Under the pieces are notes generated by a model. The model searched no databases, was not told the DNA's origin, and was given only the letters and a program-made list of their open reading frames with translations. Shown here piece after piece: positions 1 through 13,606 of a DNA stretch of 64,000 nt; the stretch's first letter is position 1; every line of letters begins with the position of its first letter. The stretch comes from Negaprion brevirostris. Taxonomy: Eukaryota. A program made the position numbers and the translations under genes. The stretch is from positions 16,478,907-16,542,906 of the forward strand of contig JARDVH010000133.1 of NCBI GenBank assembly GCA_030324005.1. Reading direction: 5' to 3'.

Positions 1-384
1 CGTGAACTCATGAACTCTAACAGATGTTGCTTCTCTACACCTGTCCTCCATGTTGCTGCCATCACCAAGAATAGTTCACTCGGCGGTTAGTTGTCTGCAA
101 TTTAACGTGTTATGGCCAATGCAAAGGTCACCAATAGATCTCCCCGTGGGCTTTGTGGAGTGTGAGTTCCCTTACTGAGCAGGTGGAGGCTTGCCCAATA
201 GGAAGGGTTCAGTGGGGGAAATTAAGCCTGTTACTTCACCCAGAACATTGTTGTAGGTGCTGAGGTGTTTCACTACCTAGCTATGAGCCACGGGATCGGT
301 CTCTTCCTTGGCACACAATAAAGGGCATTTGGTGATCGGAAAGTAGTGAATGATCACACAAAGGAAAAAGCTTCAATTCAATTT

Positions 385-512
385 AGGAAAAGCTTCTTTT
401 GACCACCTAATGTATCTGATACACTAACTTGCCTTTCTCTGTCAGAGGTTGGCGGACTATTTCCAGCATTCTCTGTGCTTGTATAAAATTTCCTACATCC
501 ACAGATTTCCTT
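385..512 (+). mobile_element. Penelope-like terminal repeat fragment (degenerate)
   Basis: Resembles the 'ctctccacagatgctgcc...ttccagcattttctg...catctgcag' segment also at 19236-19340, 2090-2190 and 20835-20910. Confidence 0.45.
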
Positions 513-1049
513 CTTCGTGGCACTGTTGTGGGATCACGCGCCTTGTTTTGTTGTTTTTTTCATCATCGCTAAGATTTAACGACAACTGATTCTTGAGAGT
601 TCAGATGAGAAAACTGTTTTAGATTATCTGGCGCAGGGGTCTATCTTTCCCTCCCTTCTTGCACCTCGGTACAGAGCAGCAGAGTCCTATTCCAAGCAGA
701 GGTTTATTGAAAGCAGATGCAATATTTTTTTCCAGCAATGTTTCATCACTCTTATTTCTTTGCTGCGGCTCATGCAAACAGCTGAAGGGACACTTCTGGA
801 ACCCAGGCTGGGTGAAAGACCTATTGCAGTGATGATGAAACTGTTATCCTGACAGTAGCAGTTCTCAAATGTTCATATGTATATCATACATATCGGTATA
901 TTGCTGCTGATGTACCTCTTCCTGGTTTTGAAAGCATACCTCCTCACTTCTCTGAATCCTTCTTATCCTCCCTTTCCAAATTTGCTTGCTTCTTTTGCCA
1001 TTAACTCTGACAAACAAACTGAAAATTGTGACTTCACATGCCCTGTGGA

Positions 1050-1190
1050 AAAGGAAAGAACTCGCATTTGTATAGCACCTTTAAAGACTTCAGAATATCT
1101 AAAGGTGCTTTACCATCAATATAATTGTAAACACAATTGTAATGTTGGAGACAATGGGCCATAATTTCCACCCAGCAGTGTAAAGTCATG
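1050..1190 (-). mobile_element. Deu-SINE/L2-type 3' tail fragment
   Basis: 'aagaactcgcatttgtatagcaccttt' is the reverse complement of the L2-type tail; similar at 47095. Confidence 0.5.
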
Positions 1191-1224
1191 ACCCGCTGGG
1201 ACTGCAATTGTGCCAGGTCTGATT

Positions 1225-1800
1225 GTGGAGGGGAGGAGGAGAAGGTGCAGATGATCAGTGATGGGGACTGGGGTGAGGGTGAGGGTAGAAGGTGTTGATG
1301 ATTGTGGGTTGAGGGGCGGGGAGAAGAAGGTATCGATGATCGGGGAGAAGGTGCTGATGATCAGGAGTTGGGGGGTAGAAGGTGTTGATGACTGGGGGTT
1401 GTGGCGAGAGAAGTTAATGTTTTAAAGCTTGTTTAATAGTCACGAGTAAGGCTTACATTATCATTGCAATGAAGTTACTATGAAAATCCCCCAGTCGCCA
1501 CACTCTGACCCACACAGGCGCCAATGTGCCTAACCAGCATGTCTTTCAGAATGTAGGAGGAAACCGGAGCTCCTGGAGGAAACCCACACAGACACGGGGA
1601 GAACGTGCACTCTCCACACAGACAGTGACTCAAGCCAGGAATTGAACACGGGTCGTTGGTGCTGTGAGGCAGCAGTGATAACCACCGTGCCACCATGCTG
1701 TCAGGTCTGGGGTTGGGAAGGTGGGGGGGAGAAGGTACCAATGATTTGGGATGGGGGTGGCGGAGAAGGTGCTGGTGATTGAGGATGGGGAGGTTATAGA
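1225..1800. repeat. Imperfect G-rich tandem repeat (roughly 20-45 bp units, core 'gagaaggtg..gatga'), split by a SINE
   Basis: Unit recurs at 1225-1415 and resumes at 1703-1800. Confidence 0.65.
1424..1702 (-). mobile_element. HE1/V-SINE-like tRNA-derived SINE, tail type A
   Basis: tRNA-like A/B-box head (ggcacggtggtta...ggttc), conserved body and 'gtaacttcattgca...gtaagcc...' tail shared by many copies. Confidence 0.85.
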
Positions 1801-1959
1801 GCAATACTGACTGTGCTGGGGGAGGTGAGGGGGTCCCCTGGGGCTTTCATGTTGGGCTGGAGGGATGGTTTACTCAGGGTTATGACTGGGGCACTCTTTA
1901 AAGATGGCACCCTGATCTCTGAGCAGCTGGGTTTTACCAGCGTGTTTAGGCCGCACACC

Positions 1960-2190
1960 CCTGTACAACGATATGAAACACACCCCCTTAATTTCCTTTG
2001 GCAGAGTCTGGTAAGACATGGGGAGAAAATCAACCGATTTTCTCTCCAGAAGCAACACTGCCATGTTTTGGTAAGATTCCCTCCGCTAACTCTGTTTCTC
2101 TCTCCATAGCTCCTGCCAGCCTTGCTGAATGTTCCCAGCACCAGCTGATTTTATTCCAGATTTTCAGCATCGATGGCTTATTGCTTTTTT
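1960..2190 (+). mobile_element. Non-autonomous DNA-element end plus Penelope-like repeat fragment
   Basis: 2090-2190 matches 19240-19340; 1890-2050 resembles the reverse of 60090-60300. Confidence 0.4.
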
Positions 2191-2611
2191 TTAATGATCA
2201 TGGTGACTTCTGAATGTAAATCTATTGAATTGGACAGGGAAGAATCAGCCTTTGGACACATTCAGAAAAGTTTTCGTTAACAATACCTCAGAAATATTTC
2301 ATGAATTTGTGTTGTGTTATACATGAATTAAGATTTTACGATTGTGAGGATATTCTGGCTCAACATCTTGCCAATTCCTTTTCTTGCCCAACTGAGTATC
2401 TAAACAGTGATCCTAAAAATATAGAGGAAGGAGGCCAATTAGCTTATTTGGCTCCTGCTACAATTTTTCTTATGCTGCGTAAGACGTTGCAGTTATTTGT
2501 TTTGAATTTCAACTATTATTGATAGCTGCTATTCTTGGCTTCCTTAATTTAGTAGTGTAAATCTGGCTAAGTGGTCAAATTAGAGCAGTACTTTCTGAAG
2601 TTTTGTTACAA

Positions 2612-3390
2612 ACATATGAACTAGGAGCAGGAGTATTCCACTCAGCCCCTTGAACCTGCTCTGCCTTTCAATAAGATCATTGCTGCTTTGATTGTAACCC
2701 CACACTCCCACCTACCCTTAAGAACCTTTCACCCTCTTGTTTATCAAGAATCTCGCAGCCTCCGCCTTAAAAGTACTCAAAGATTCTGCTTGTGCTGCCT
2801 TTTGGTGGCACAGCAGCACAGTGGTTAGCACTGCTATCTCACAGCATCTGTGACCCGGGTTCGATCCCCACCTTGGGTCACTGATGGGGTCACTCTCCCC
2901 GTGCCTGCATAGGTTTCCTTCGGGTGTTCTTGTTTCCTCCCACAGTCCGAAAGACGTGCTGGTTAGGTGCATTTTCCCTCAGTGTACCCGAACAGTTGCC
3001 GGAGTATGGCGATTAGAGAATTTCATTGCAGTATTAATGTAAGCTTACTTGTGACACTAATAAATGAATTTAAAGAAAAGATTTCTCCTCACCTCTGTCT
3101 TAAATGGGCAACCCCTTATTTTTCAACAGTCACTCTGAGTTCTAGACTCTCTCACAAGAGGAATTATCCTCTCCCCATCCACCCAGTCTTAAAGGTTTCA
3201 ATCAATTTGCTTCTTACTCTACTAAACTCCAATGGATACAAGCCTGGCTTGTCCAACCTATGCTCATAAGACAACCCGCTCATTCCTGATGTTAGTAGTA
3301 AACCTTATCTGAACTGCTTCTAATGCATTGACATCTTCCCTTAAATAAGGAGACCAATACAGTGCACAGTACTCCAGATGTGGTCTCAGC
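2612..3390 (-). mobile_element. CR1 LINE 3' end (HER1-like), interrupted by a SINE
   Basis: Reverse translation TLHCVLVS...; 3' UTR 'ggctgagtggaatactcctgctcct' like 26820-26865 and 54370-54410. Confidence 0.8.
2805..3068 (+). mobile_element. HE1-like SINE, tail A, inserted in CR1
   Basis: Head 'cacagtggttagcactgct', tail 'gtaagcttacttgtgacactaataaat'. Confidence 0.85.
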
Positions 3391-3854
3391 ACTGTCATTT
3401 TCAGTGCCATTTCCTGTTTTCATAAGGGTCATTTCTTCCTCATGAATGGCTGCAGCATTTTGACATCTGCCCAATGTGACCTGACTTAGATCAGTAATGG
3501 ATTTGGAGTTATTCATTTGTGGCTTTCCTTAACCTTTGTTTAAGGTACATGCATTGTTGACTTGCTTCAAAATCTTTTTGCAAAATACAGGGAAATCTTT
3601 CCTGCATTCATTGACTCCCTCAGGATAACTGACAACAAATATAGATTTATATTTGACTGTTGCATTTGTCTTCCATAGATTCTCCTCATTCCCACTTATG
3701 CCTCGTTAACCTTTTGAACTTCTGTTTTTGCAGGTTTCTGTATTCGTCCCAATGCTCCCCCCACCCCCCAGCTTTCTTCCTGCAGGCATTCCAGAATTCC
3801 TTCATCTTATTGTCTCACTTCATCTGCCTCGCTAGTCCACTTTTTAAAAAAATA

Positions 3855-4165
3855 ATAATTTACCGGATGTAGGCATCGTTGGATAGGCCAGCATTTATTG
3901 TGCATTCCCAATTGCCCATGAGAAGGTGGTGGTGAGCTACCTTCTTGAATCATTGCAAGCCATGAGGTGTAGATACACCCACAGTGCTGTTGGGAAGGAG
4001 TTCCAGGATTTTGAGCCAGAGACGGTGAAGGATTAGCAATATATTTCCAAACCAGAATGGTGAGTGACCTGGAGGGGAACTTTGGGGGTGGTGTTCCCAG
4101 GTATCTCCTTCGAGGTGGTCATGGGTTTGGAGGGTCCTGTTTAAAGAGTCTTGGTGAGTTACTTG
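3855..4165 (-). mobile_element. CR1-clade LINE 3' end (second family)
   Basis: Reverse complement of 17430-17725. Confidence 0.75.
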
Positions 4166-4889
4166 GGGCCATTTTTTTTTTTTAAATTGTGTTTCCTGCC
4201 CTTCACTACATGCGATTTTATACACTCAGTTGTATGTGCTTAAATGTATTCCGTTTGACCTCAGCTGAGATTTTCTTGAGTAATAGGCCCTTCTACATGT
4301 TGTATCCATTGCTTGCCTTCCTCAACTCACCAAAACAATCCCCAAGATAGTTCAGAGAGAGAGCTGCAGGGCAGTGTTCTGGATGAATTACTAGCCACTG
4401 AAAGAACAGAACAGGCAGCAGACAAGGAAGGAGAATGACTTAGCCAGACTTTGAGCTCAGACCAAAAACCAACTTTGTTGTCACGAGGTCTTACTGAGAC
4501 TTTTTCCAGATCGCAGGTTGTAGAGGATCAAAATTTATTGCAACATACTGCAGTCTGCCGTGATTAGGATGTGTGGCAGATTAGGAAGTTGTACAGCAGA
4601 GATTTACTGAAGTATAAAGAGAGCAAAATGGACAATTTCTTCATTTAAAAAACTGGATATTAATTGTTTGATTTATCCTTAGTACNNNNNNNNNNNNNNN
4701 NNNNNNNNNNNNNNNNNNNNNNNNNNNNNNNNNNNNNNNNNNNNNNNNNNNNNNNNNNNNNNNNNNNNNNNNNNNNNNNNNNNNNNNNNNNNNNNNNNNN
4801 NNNNNNNNNNNNNNNNNNNNNNNNNNNNNNNNNNNNNNNNNNNNNNNNNNNNNNNNNNNNNNNNNNNNNNNNNNNNNNNNNNNNNNGAC

Positions 4890-6085
4890 ATGAAGCCAGA
4901 GGTTCCACCTCCCTGAATCCATCCTCCCACCAACCCAATAGGGCAGGTTGCAAATCAGACATGCATTTCATGGAGGCAGCTGCATATATAAAACTGCAAC
5001 TACCTTCAATCCACTTTGATTTTCACAAAGAGGAAGTGGGAACTATGACTATTTGACTGGGTAAGAGAAGTTCTAAATTTTGTGGAGTCATTTTGATAGG
5101 GTAGCATATTCTTTTGGGTAAGTCCAGGGATCCCTTAGATAACACTGAAAGGTTGCCAAAGAAATGGCAAAAAATTCAGGTGAGGTCTATTTATTTATTA
5201 ATGTCACAAGTAGGCTTACATTAACACTTCAATGAAGGTACTGTGGAAATCCCCTAGCCACCACACTCTGGCTCAGGAAGGAGAGTTTACTGCCACAGAA
5301 GGGATCGTTGGGAGAAGTAACCAAAATGGGTAATGATAAATGTAAATTTATATTAGGAAGATAAAGGAAGTGACTTGAAGTTAACTATTGCATTTCAAAA
5401 GGAACGTGTACAGTTGAGATCGATTGTAAACAGATGGAACAGTAAGTTCACTTTTGCCAAAAAGTAGTGGCCGTAACAAAAGATGGAAGTCCCATAAATT
5501 CAGAGAAAGGAATTTGTAAGGGAACGTAGAATACTGGATGAAAGAAAAATATATTTAAAGAGAGGCTGAGGACTACAGAAGTACAGTTATGAGATCCTGA
5601 AACAGTGTACGCTGGAACAGACCTGTTGAAAAGTAACTGCCACCACTCTTAGAGGAAAATGTTTGTGTCTGAAAAGGCTTCTTGTTATCAGATGGTAGAA
5701 AGAGAATAGCCTAAATAAGACTTTGCTATAGCAACAGCAACTGGTGGGTAATACTCCTGTACTTTTTAATAGCTTAAAATTTATGAGGATAGTTGTCTAA
5801 AAGGGACGTTTAGCTCTGAGTTAAACAAACAGAAAACTTTTGTGAAATGTTTGTAGAAGCACTGTAACTGTGTAAATGCAATCTTGCGTCCTTAAATTTT
5901 GTTTTTTTTAAAATAAATGTTTAAACTTAGTTCTTAAAATCTTCACAAACAGTTTGAAATTCTTTCTTCTCTGAGTTCAGATGCCTTCTCATAAAATATA
6001 AAGGGAAAATGGTTGTGATAGCTTGTTTAAGTTTCCCTTTTGGGATTTAGGCAATCTAGCAGTTACACCTGCCATATCACTCTAT
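4890..6085 (+). mobile_element. Possible degenerate solo LTR
   Basis: Purine-rich body, aataaa near 5912 and T-rich U5-like end; no second copy or TSD seen. Confidence 0.25.
5186..5272 (-). mobile_element. Isolated SINE tail A
   Basis: 'tttatttattaatgtcacaagtaggcttacattaacac' without a head. Confidence 0.8.
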
Positions 6086-6258
6086 CTGCACTATGCTTCA
6101 CCTGGATTTTACTGACAATCTTCAAAAAGTTGTTTTACAGTAGATGTCCAAGATTTTGTGAGATTGAGTGTTATTGCACTCTATTTTTGATACAGCATAT
6201 GGGATTATAAATATCCAATTTAATCTTTCTTTTAAGTCTGTTATTTCATCAGTTACCC

Positions 6259-6608
6259 TTTTTTATTCATTCGTGGGACGTGGGCATTGCCGGCTGGCCA
6301 GCATTTATTGCCCATCCCTAGTTGTCCGAGGGCACTTGAGAGTCAACCACTTTGCTGTGACTCTGGGGTACATGTAGACCAGACCAGATAAGGATGACAG
6401 ATTTCCTTGTCTAAAGGACATTAGTGAACCAGATGAGTTTTTCTGACGATCGACAACGGACATCAGTAGATTCTTAATTCCAGATATTTGTTATTGAATT
6501 CAAATTCCACCAGCTGCTGTGGCGGAATTTGAACCCTGGTCACCAGAACATTAGCTGAGTTTCTGGATTAACAACCTAGCAATAATACCACTAGGCCATC
6601 TTCTCCCA
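6259..6608 (-). mobile_element. Second tRNA-derived SINE family with CR1-type tail
   Basis: Near-identical to 22975-23319 and 42297-42640, and to the reverse of 54908-55264. Confidence 0.85.
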
Positions 6609-7072
6609 CTAAATCATGACAGAGTGAGCTTTGCCTAGAAATAAAACTGATACATTTCTTATTGTCTGAAAAAGCATTCTTTTTTTTCCCAACATTCTAT
6701 GCATATTTTGAAAGAACTACTTGGCATAATTGTGTAGAACTGCAAAAAGATGAGTGAAGGAATTATATCATATCAGCCTGGCAAAAATATATGAAGTACT
6801 CAATGGCAAATCATGGTTTCAAAATGCTTGGAAGAACCATATTTAATCATATCCCACAATAAGAGGTAGTCAGTAAATGTCCTCAAATGTCTTTGCTGTT
6901 GAAGTGTGGTGATCGGAAATCCTGATTTTTATTATTTGTGACTGTAACAGAATTGCAAGTTGGTGCTTAATTCCCAGCTCTTTCCTACTTGCTTTTCCCT
7001 CGATTTGCACCCCTCTTATCTTGTTTCTTCTTCCACTTAAATATTGACCACTTCAGTTCCTGCCACTTTTTA

Positions 7073-7340
7073 AAAAGTTTATTTATTAATCACAAGTAAG
7101 ACTTACATTAACACTGCAATGAAATTACTGTGAAATTCCCCTCGTCACCATGCTCCGGTGCCTGTTTGGGTACGCTGAGAGAGGATTTAGCATGGTCAAT
7201 GCACCTAACCAGAATGTGAGAGGAAACCCACACAGATATGGGGAGAACCTACAAACTCCACACAAACAGTGACCCAAGTTAGGAAGCGAACCTGGGCCCC
7301 TAGCGCTGTGAGGCAGCAGTACTAACCACAGTGCTAACCG
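7073..7340 (-). mobile_element. HE1-like SINE, tail A
   Basis: Family head and tail present. Confidence 0.85.
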
Positions 7341-7389
7341 CTCATTATCTGACATGCCCCATCACCTCATATAATGAAGAATAACACTG

Positions 7390-7545
7390 CCAACAACAAC
7401 TTGCATTCATTTAGCACCCTTCAGTGTAAAGAAATGACCCAAGGCACTTCACAAAAGGAAATAAAACAAAAAGCAATACCAAGGTCAAAGAAGGAGAGAT
7501 TAGGAGGTGGTGACAAATAGCATTATTCAATCAGTAGTTTCTAAT
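7390..7545 (-). mobile_element. L2 LINE 3' end
   Basis: 'caacaacaacttgcattcatttagcacc' is the reverse of the tail at 12200-12247. Confidence 0.65.
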
Positions 7546-7737
7546 ATAACAAAGGTCAGTCTAACAGAAATCATGTACAATAGTATAATGGTTACTTGGT
7601 ACTTGTAACATATTAATAGAGCAGGAAATGGTATCATGGGCAAAAACAGATATTTTGTCCAGGTTGCCATTATTCATGTATGAATTTTGAAAGTAATGCC
7701 AGCAGAGGTAACAACAAAACTAACCTTACCAACTTAG

Positions 7738-8020
7738 ATGGCACAGTGGTTAGCACTGCTGCCTCACAGTGCCAGGGGCCTGGGTTCACTCCCAGCTGTC
7801 TGATTGGAGTTTGGACATTCTGTGTCTTCATGGGTTTCCTGGATGTGCAGGTTGGGTGGATTGGCCATATTAATTGCCCCTTAGTATTTCAAGATGTGTA
7901 AGGTAGCGGGATTAGTGGGGTAAATGTGTAGAATTGCGGGGGATGGGCCTGAGTAAGATGCTATGTTAAGATGCAGACACAATGAGCTGAATGTCCTCCT
8001 TCTGCATTGTAGAAATTCTT
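7738..8020 (+). mobile_element. HE1-like SINE, tail type B (CR1/HER1-derived)
   Basis: Same head, but ends 'gagctgaatgtcctccttctgcattgtag' like 49721-50025. Confidence 0.75.
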
Positions 8021-8859
8021 TACAAAAATACTTTGTGATTCTGTGGTCTTATGCAATTGCATGTTAACCCCAAAATACATAATCATGAGGTAAGGTGTTA
8101 GGCAGAGGCGTTCCAGGAATTTTGAGTCATTGTTCTTGCCTGCTTTCAGTTGTGGTTAAATTTTCTTTCATAAACCGCTTTGCCTCCCTTTCTCTCCATT
8201 TGTAACTCAACTTCTTTGATGAAGCTTTTGTTCTGATATCTATTTGCGCAGATTGTTGTCAAATTCCTCCATCTATTATCCTTCATTGAAGCGCTATATT
8301 AAGAAACATAGAACCCGAGAGCTGTAGAAGGTCATTCCGCCCCATGAGCCTGCTCCTCCATTCACGGCTGTTGTTGCTGTTTAGTGCAAGGTGTCATATT
8401 TGCATTCCTTTATTCTCTTCCTGGGAAGTGGTTTCAGTATTAGGGTGATGTGGAGACTCCGTGAAGGGTACAGACTAATTAGTATGTTCCCAATTTAAGA
8501 CAGTTTAATATTAACCCCCAATTATATAGTTAATCAGCTCTGTGCAGAGACTTTTCATATTTCAGACTTGTTGGTGCGTGTTGACTGTTCTTTAAAGTTT
8601 TGCTGAAAAGTCCGCATTGTTCAATGTTATTTGGATGTACCTTTCTGTAAATTCATCTCAAATGAAGTGTCATTCCTACTTCCAATCACCAGCTTAAACT
8701 AATCATATCTAAATACTAGGTAACATAACAGACATTCATTTCAATTCACTGCCGGAATTTTAATTAAAATTCAGAGCTCTCGATTTTTGAAACTCAACTT
8801 CAGTTCCACTGCTTTGTTGTGTCTAATATATATATATATATGCCTCCCAGACATACTTG

Positions 8860-9232
8860 GAAAGAACTAAGGACTCTCATTCACATTACCAAAATATCAC
8901 AACATATTTCACAACCAGATAATTATGTTTTGAAGCGCAATCTCTCTTTCTATGTAGGCAAATGCAGCAGCCAATTTGTTGGCAGCAAGGTCTCTTAAAC
9001 AGCTATGAGTCATAGTAAATGAAAAACCTCATGTCCTCTTTACACTGTGCTGTGGGATATTTTACCTGAGCCATTAAATGAGACCTCAGTTAAACATTTC
9101 ATCCAAAATGTGGCACTTCTGCCGTTCAAGTGCTCTCTCAGTATTGCACAGAATGTCAGCCTTGATCATGTATTTAATTGTTGAATGAACACTTTCTGAC
9201 TCGGAAGGGAATGCACTTTTCAGCCAAGGTGA
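8860..9232 (-). mobile_element. Deu-domain SINE (AmnSINE1/SacSINE1-like)
   Basis: 'cctcagttaaacatttcatccaaaatgtggcac...cagtattgcacagaatgtcagcc' matches 47560-47645 and the reverse of 13800-13880; family recalled from memory. Confidence 0.6.
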
Positions 9233-10158
9233 CAGATAAGCAGAGTGAGTGTGATTATTTTAACAAAGGTGGAGTAGAAGTTGAATTTTAAGAACCATAA
9301 AATGGAAGAATTAACTTGAAGAATCAGGTCAGTTCCAGTAATGCATTAATGTTCCTTCAAGTTCAAAAAGGAGAATTTGTACTTGGTCGAGAAGGAGGGC
9401 AGATTGGACAAAGTTGCCCATTAAAATCAGGCAAGTTGTGTTTAGCTGAGCACTGTGTCGCAGAGTGTACAATATCAAACAGACTTTTAAAATGAGGTAA
9501 ATTGTACAGAAATATAGAAAGTAAATTGGCATTTTTGAATACCATGACAATGAGTGTATTCATATAGTAGTGAGTGGTCCTGTTGAAAATTGCCACAGCA
9601 AGGCAGCTGAACAATCAAATTCCAATGCATTTTAGGATTGGTCTATAAATCAGAACAGGGAAATGCCATCAGGAATATTGGCTTATCAAATTAAGATCCC
9701 TGCATAACAATAGAGGTCAATTTAGTATTTCAAAAATGGCTATTGAAGTGTGAGACCAATAGACATTCTGCATATAATTCATTGGCCAGTTTCAGTGCAT
9801 TCATGCGTACAAAATATTGAATGCTCGCACAAAATATTTTCAAATAATGTGCCCAGAGGCCAACTCCATTTGAAAGTATCTTCCCTAAAGATTTTGACTG
9901 TAAGTATTTTGAATTAAGCTCTTTGGGAGATAATACATTGCCTGTAGTGTAACATCCCCCTCAGACCACAAGTCTTGCAAGTTTCTGCACCATTGCTACA
10001 GTTAGGTATAGAGCCAGATGTAATCACTGGTCCAATATTTCAGCTCTTGTACACTGAGACATTATAATAATGAGGTCAGACACCAGGAATCTGGAATATC
10101 CATCCATTTCCCAATCAATCTGTTTGATATGGAGTAGCTTTCATTGTATAACTGTAAA

Positions 10159-11763
10159 TGGCAGAATTTTACAATCTGTCGCCATTAGCTTTGCAGCCAT
10201 GTGACACATAAAATTCCCCAGGTGACCTCTCTGCCACCAATCCATCCGCTCCCAACCTGTACACAATATTACAGGGATGGACAATTTCTAGGGTGGTCCA
10301 TCTACCCCCACCCTAATTGAAAGCCTTAAATGGGCACTATTTGGGATAATTAAGGGCTGCCTCTCACCCAGCCTCAATTTGAACAGCTGTCTGTGGTAGT
10401 TCAAGGGCAGGGGAAAGCAGACAAGGTCACCTTAACTCATCCATTGACATGAAGGAGGAACACCTCTGCCAAGATGGTTCCTTTCTCTCTCTGTCCACAC
10501 CCCCCGCCCCCCCCCCAACCACCGGNNNNNNNNNNTCTGCAGAGGTTCCCACATCCCTGGTCGTGCCATCAAGTCACTCACACCCTTTTCCCAACCTCCC
10601 TTGAGCCTCACACCCATTTCCCTCTCCTTCTTGCCATTACCTGGTCCTGGACTCTTGGACTTAGGGCAAGATTTTCTCTAGTGAGGCAGAATCAGGAAAT
10701 TTCCCAACTCAGCCGACGTGTCTCAATGTGAAGTGCCTCATTAGGCCCAACTGAGCATGAGGCGGGGAGGGGGGTGGGGGCGAGGAAATAAAGTGAAGCC
10801 CACCATGCAGAAGCAGTTTGGAGGCTGCTACTAGGGTAGCTGAGTGCCATGGCATGCAGATAAAACTGCTTGTCTCAGTTCTATTGGGATTTCCCACTTG
10901 TTTTGATAAATTTTAGGTCCTCTGGCTCTGACCTTTAACAGCCCACTGGTCTCCACCTACTCCCCATGCTACCTTCATCTCCATGCCATTTCAGTGTCAA
11001 CCCTTGTCCCCTACCACCCATTCTAAGTGTTGCTTATAGCCATATGCCAACTCAATGACAACTCATGCCAAGCCACCCACTACTCTTGCCCCTTGCACGC
11101 TCCATGCCAACTCACCTAATGTTCAACTCATGCAGATGTTCAAAGTCATGTTGGGATAAAATGAAATAAAGTGACAAAATGTAATCCAGCCTTCGCTATA
11201 ATAAAAAAAACTTCCATTCATGGAGGCCCATTCAATCTTTTTAATCATTCAGGTTTACCTCTTTTAGAAACAAACTTCTATTCATAGCCCGATATCAAAT
11301 GCTGTCAACCCTTTAACAACTTCTTTGAGCTGTCAATCGAGCTCTAAACTGAGCACTCCCTGCTGAGATAATTATAGCTAATAATAAACAGCTAATATAA
11401 ACTCTTAAAACATATTTGTTTTACCTCTCATTGATACTGCAGCCTTTCTTCAAAGTTTAAAGAGGAGGGTTTTTAAAAAAGATCACATCATGACAGTTAT
11501 ACAAGCTTTATCCACCCTCCTTGATGCTGTATGTTTACAAATTTGTGACTTGCACACCACAGGTCGAAGCCCTTGCGACAGCCAATCTGGGGTATGCTTT
11601 AATCAGCACTGAGATCAAATGACCTTGCTGGGTTTGGGTTTCCCTCATGTGTTCCCCACTCCTTTCCCCTACTGTCAAATGGAGCTGACACCTACACATC
11701 CGGATTCCTCTTACCAATTTGGAAGCTCCACATTGCTACCATATCTCCACGAAAATCTAACCC
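10159..11763. mobile_element. Non-autonomous Harbinger-type DNA element
   Basis: Ends 'tggcagaatttt' and 'aaaatctaaccc' resemble the GG(G)C..AATT terminal motif; internal atgcca repeats at 10960-11130. Confidence 0.5.
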
Positions 11764-11869
11764 TTAGAATCTAGAGAGTTTTTGTGCTGCTACTGGTGCC
11801 ACCAGTGCTGCTGGAACTACAGGGGCTGGACCTCAGCCTGAATGGGCAGTGGAAGTACCATCTGTCCTG

Positions 11870-12247
11870 TTTCAACTCCCTCTTTAGCCTCACCCTCACT
11901 ATCCCTGGAGTCCTGCAGTCCTACGATCGCTCCTCCCACCCCCGCAATAAATTGTATTCCTACAATTCAGGCCTCTTGAATGGCCCTGATTTTAATCATT
12001 CCACCATGTGGATGTGCTTGCAGCTGCCATGACTCTCAAGTCTGTAATTTCCTTCCTTAACCTCTCTGCCTCTAAGTCCCTTTAAGATGTTTGGTAAACG
12101 AGGGAGATTTTAACAATCGTTTGGTCCTCTGCCCTAATGTGTTGTCATGTAGCTTGGTGTCAGATTTAGTTTGACATTGCTCCTGCAAAATGTTTTGGGA
12201 TTTTTGCTACATTAAATGCATTGTATAAATAAAGGGTGTTGTTGTTG
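11870..12247 (+). mobile_element. L2 LINE 3' end
   Basis: Typical L2 3' region ending 'tataaataaagggtgttgttgttg'. Confidence 0.7.
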
Positions 12248-12867
12248 AAAACAGCATAACAAAAGTGAAAGAAGAAGATATTCAGGGAACTAAGCTACAG
12301 TTGCCTCATTTACCCAAAGGAGCCAACTTACAAATGGACATTTGCAAATATCAGACAGTAAAAGACCAGCTTATCTCCTATTCTTGTAATGCCTCATGCT
12401 TCATGATTACGGCGCTCCTTACAGGCACCTTGTAATCTCCTAGGTGAATGACAAAATGAAATAAAAATCCAAAGTTAATTAGAAGAAAAGATCTGGAAAA
12501 TTCTCCAACCCTCCTAATCAATGAAAACTAGTCTTGAAGGCTACATTGACTATGACTTTATTTTATTTGATGCTTACTTCTTGAATGACACGATCTCAGC
12601 CCTGTGTAGGATCATGAGAAAATGGTTGTGCATTAATTAACATTCTACTATGTCTCATGGGTCCAGTTGCAGTGCTAGAACTGGTATAGAAGAACTCTGA
12701 AAAACTGATTGAACAGCATGCTGTTCAATTTTACAGCTCCAATTTAGCCTGATAATGACATAAAATTCAAGTGTAAACCATCAGTGCGAATCTATATTTT
12801 TCCTGTGTTCAAATTTATACCTTCAGGCTAATGTTCTTTGTAATGTAGATCACATTAGTATGTGCAT

Positions 12868-13168
12868 GGCATGGTGGCATTGTGGTCAGCATTGCTGCCC
12901 CACAACTCTAGGGACCTGAGTTGATACCCAACTTGGGTCACTGTCTGTGTAGAATCTGTATGTTCTCCCTGTGTCTGCATAGGTTTTCTCCGCGAGTTCC
13001 AGTTTTCTCCCACAATCCAAAAGACATGCTGGTTAGGTGCATTGGCCATGCAAAATTCCCCCTCAGTGTAACTGAACAGGCACTGGAGTGTGGCAACTAG
13101 GGGATTTTCACAGTAAATTCATTGCAGTGTTAATAGAAGCCTACTTGTGACGCTAATAAATAAACTTT
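12868..13168 (+). mobile_element. HE1-like SINE, tail A
   Basis: Full head-body-tail. Confidence 0.9.
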
Positions 13169-13444
13169 ATAAATATTGTAAGATACAGCAGAAGGTATTA
13201 TTATGTTTGCTCTGCCTTGTTAACTGCACCACATTTTGTATAGTATCCAACATATTAGATATAAGGCATTTTCATTTTCTCACTTAAATAAAACAAATTG
13301 ACAGTATAAATTGTGGGAGTCTGTTCCTTAAAGTGCATCTTACAGGAGGAAATATAAATGAACAGTAGAAGCTTCATGTGGGGCATCATATTATTATGAA
13401 ATAAATAAAGAGATAAAGTACATTTTTGACCAAATTTGAAATTA

Positions 13445-13606
13445 TGATCTGAATTCTCTGGCCATTTGCACCCCACTGCCGCTGTCAGAGGGGAGAGAGA
13501 ATTTGGTGCTCAGCCAAATCTCCATTCACTGCAGAGGGACCAGAGAATTCCAGCTGCATCGGGACTGGAAAATCCCAGCTGCCGACGAGGTCAGAGAATC
13601 CAGCCT
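13445..13606 (+). mobile_element. MITE family 1 (Harbinger-type termini)
   Basis: 'gaattctc...gagaatttggtgctcagccaaatctc...gagaatccagcc'; copies at 25590, 40914, 45062. Confidence 0.75.

Noticed and set aside
623-852. Open frame of about 76 codons after a ttttag acceptor
   Set aside because: No recognisable product or partner exon; length is within chance expectation
828-853. TGATGA...CTGA as a C/D box snoRNA
   Set aside because: Boxes are too close together and there is no terminal stem
1225-1415. CRISPR-like repeat-spacer array
   Set aside because: Degenerate low-complexity units, no unique spacers, eukaryotic context, no cas genes
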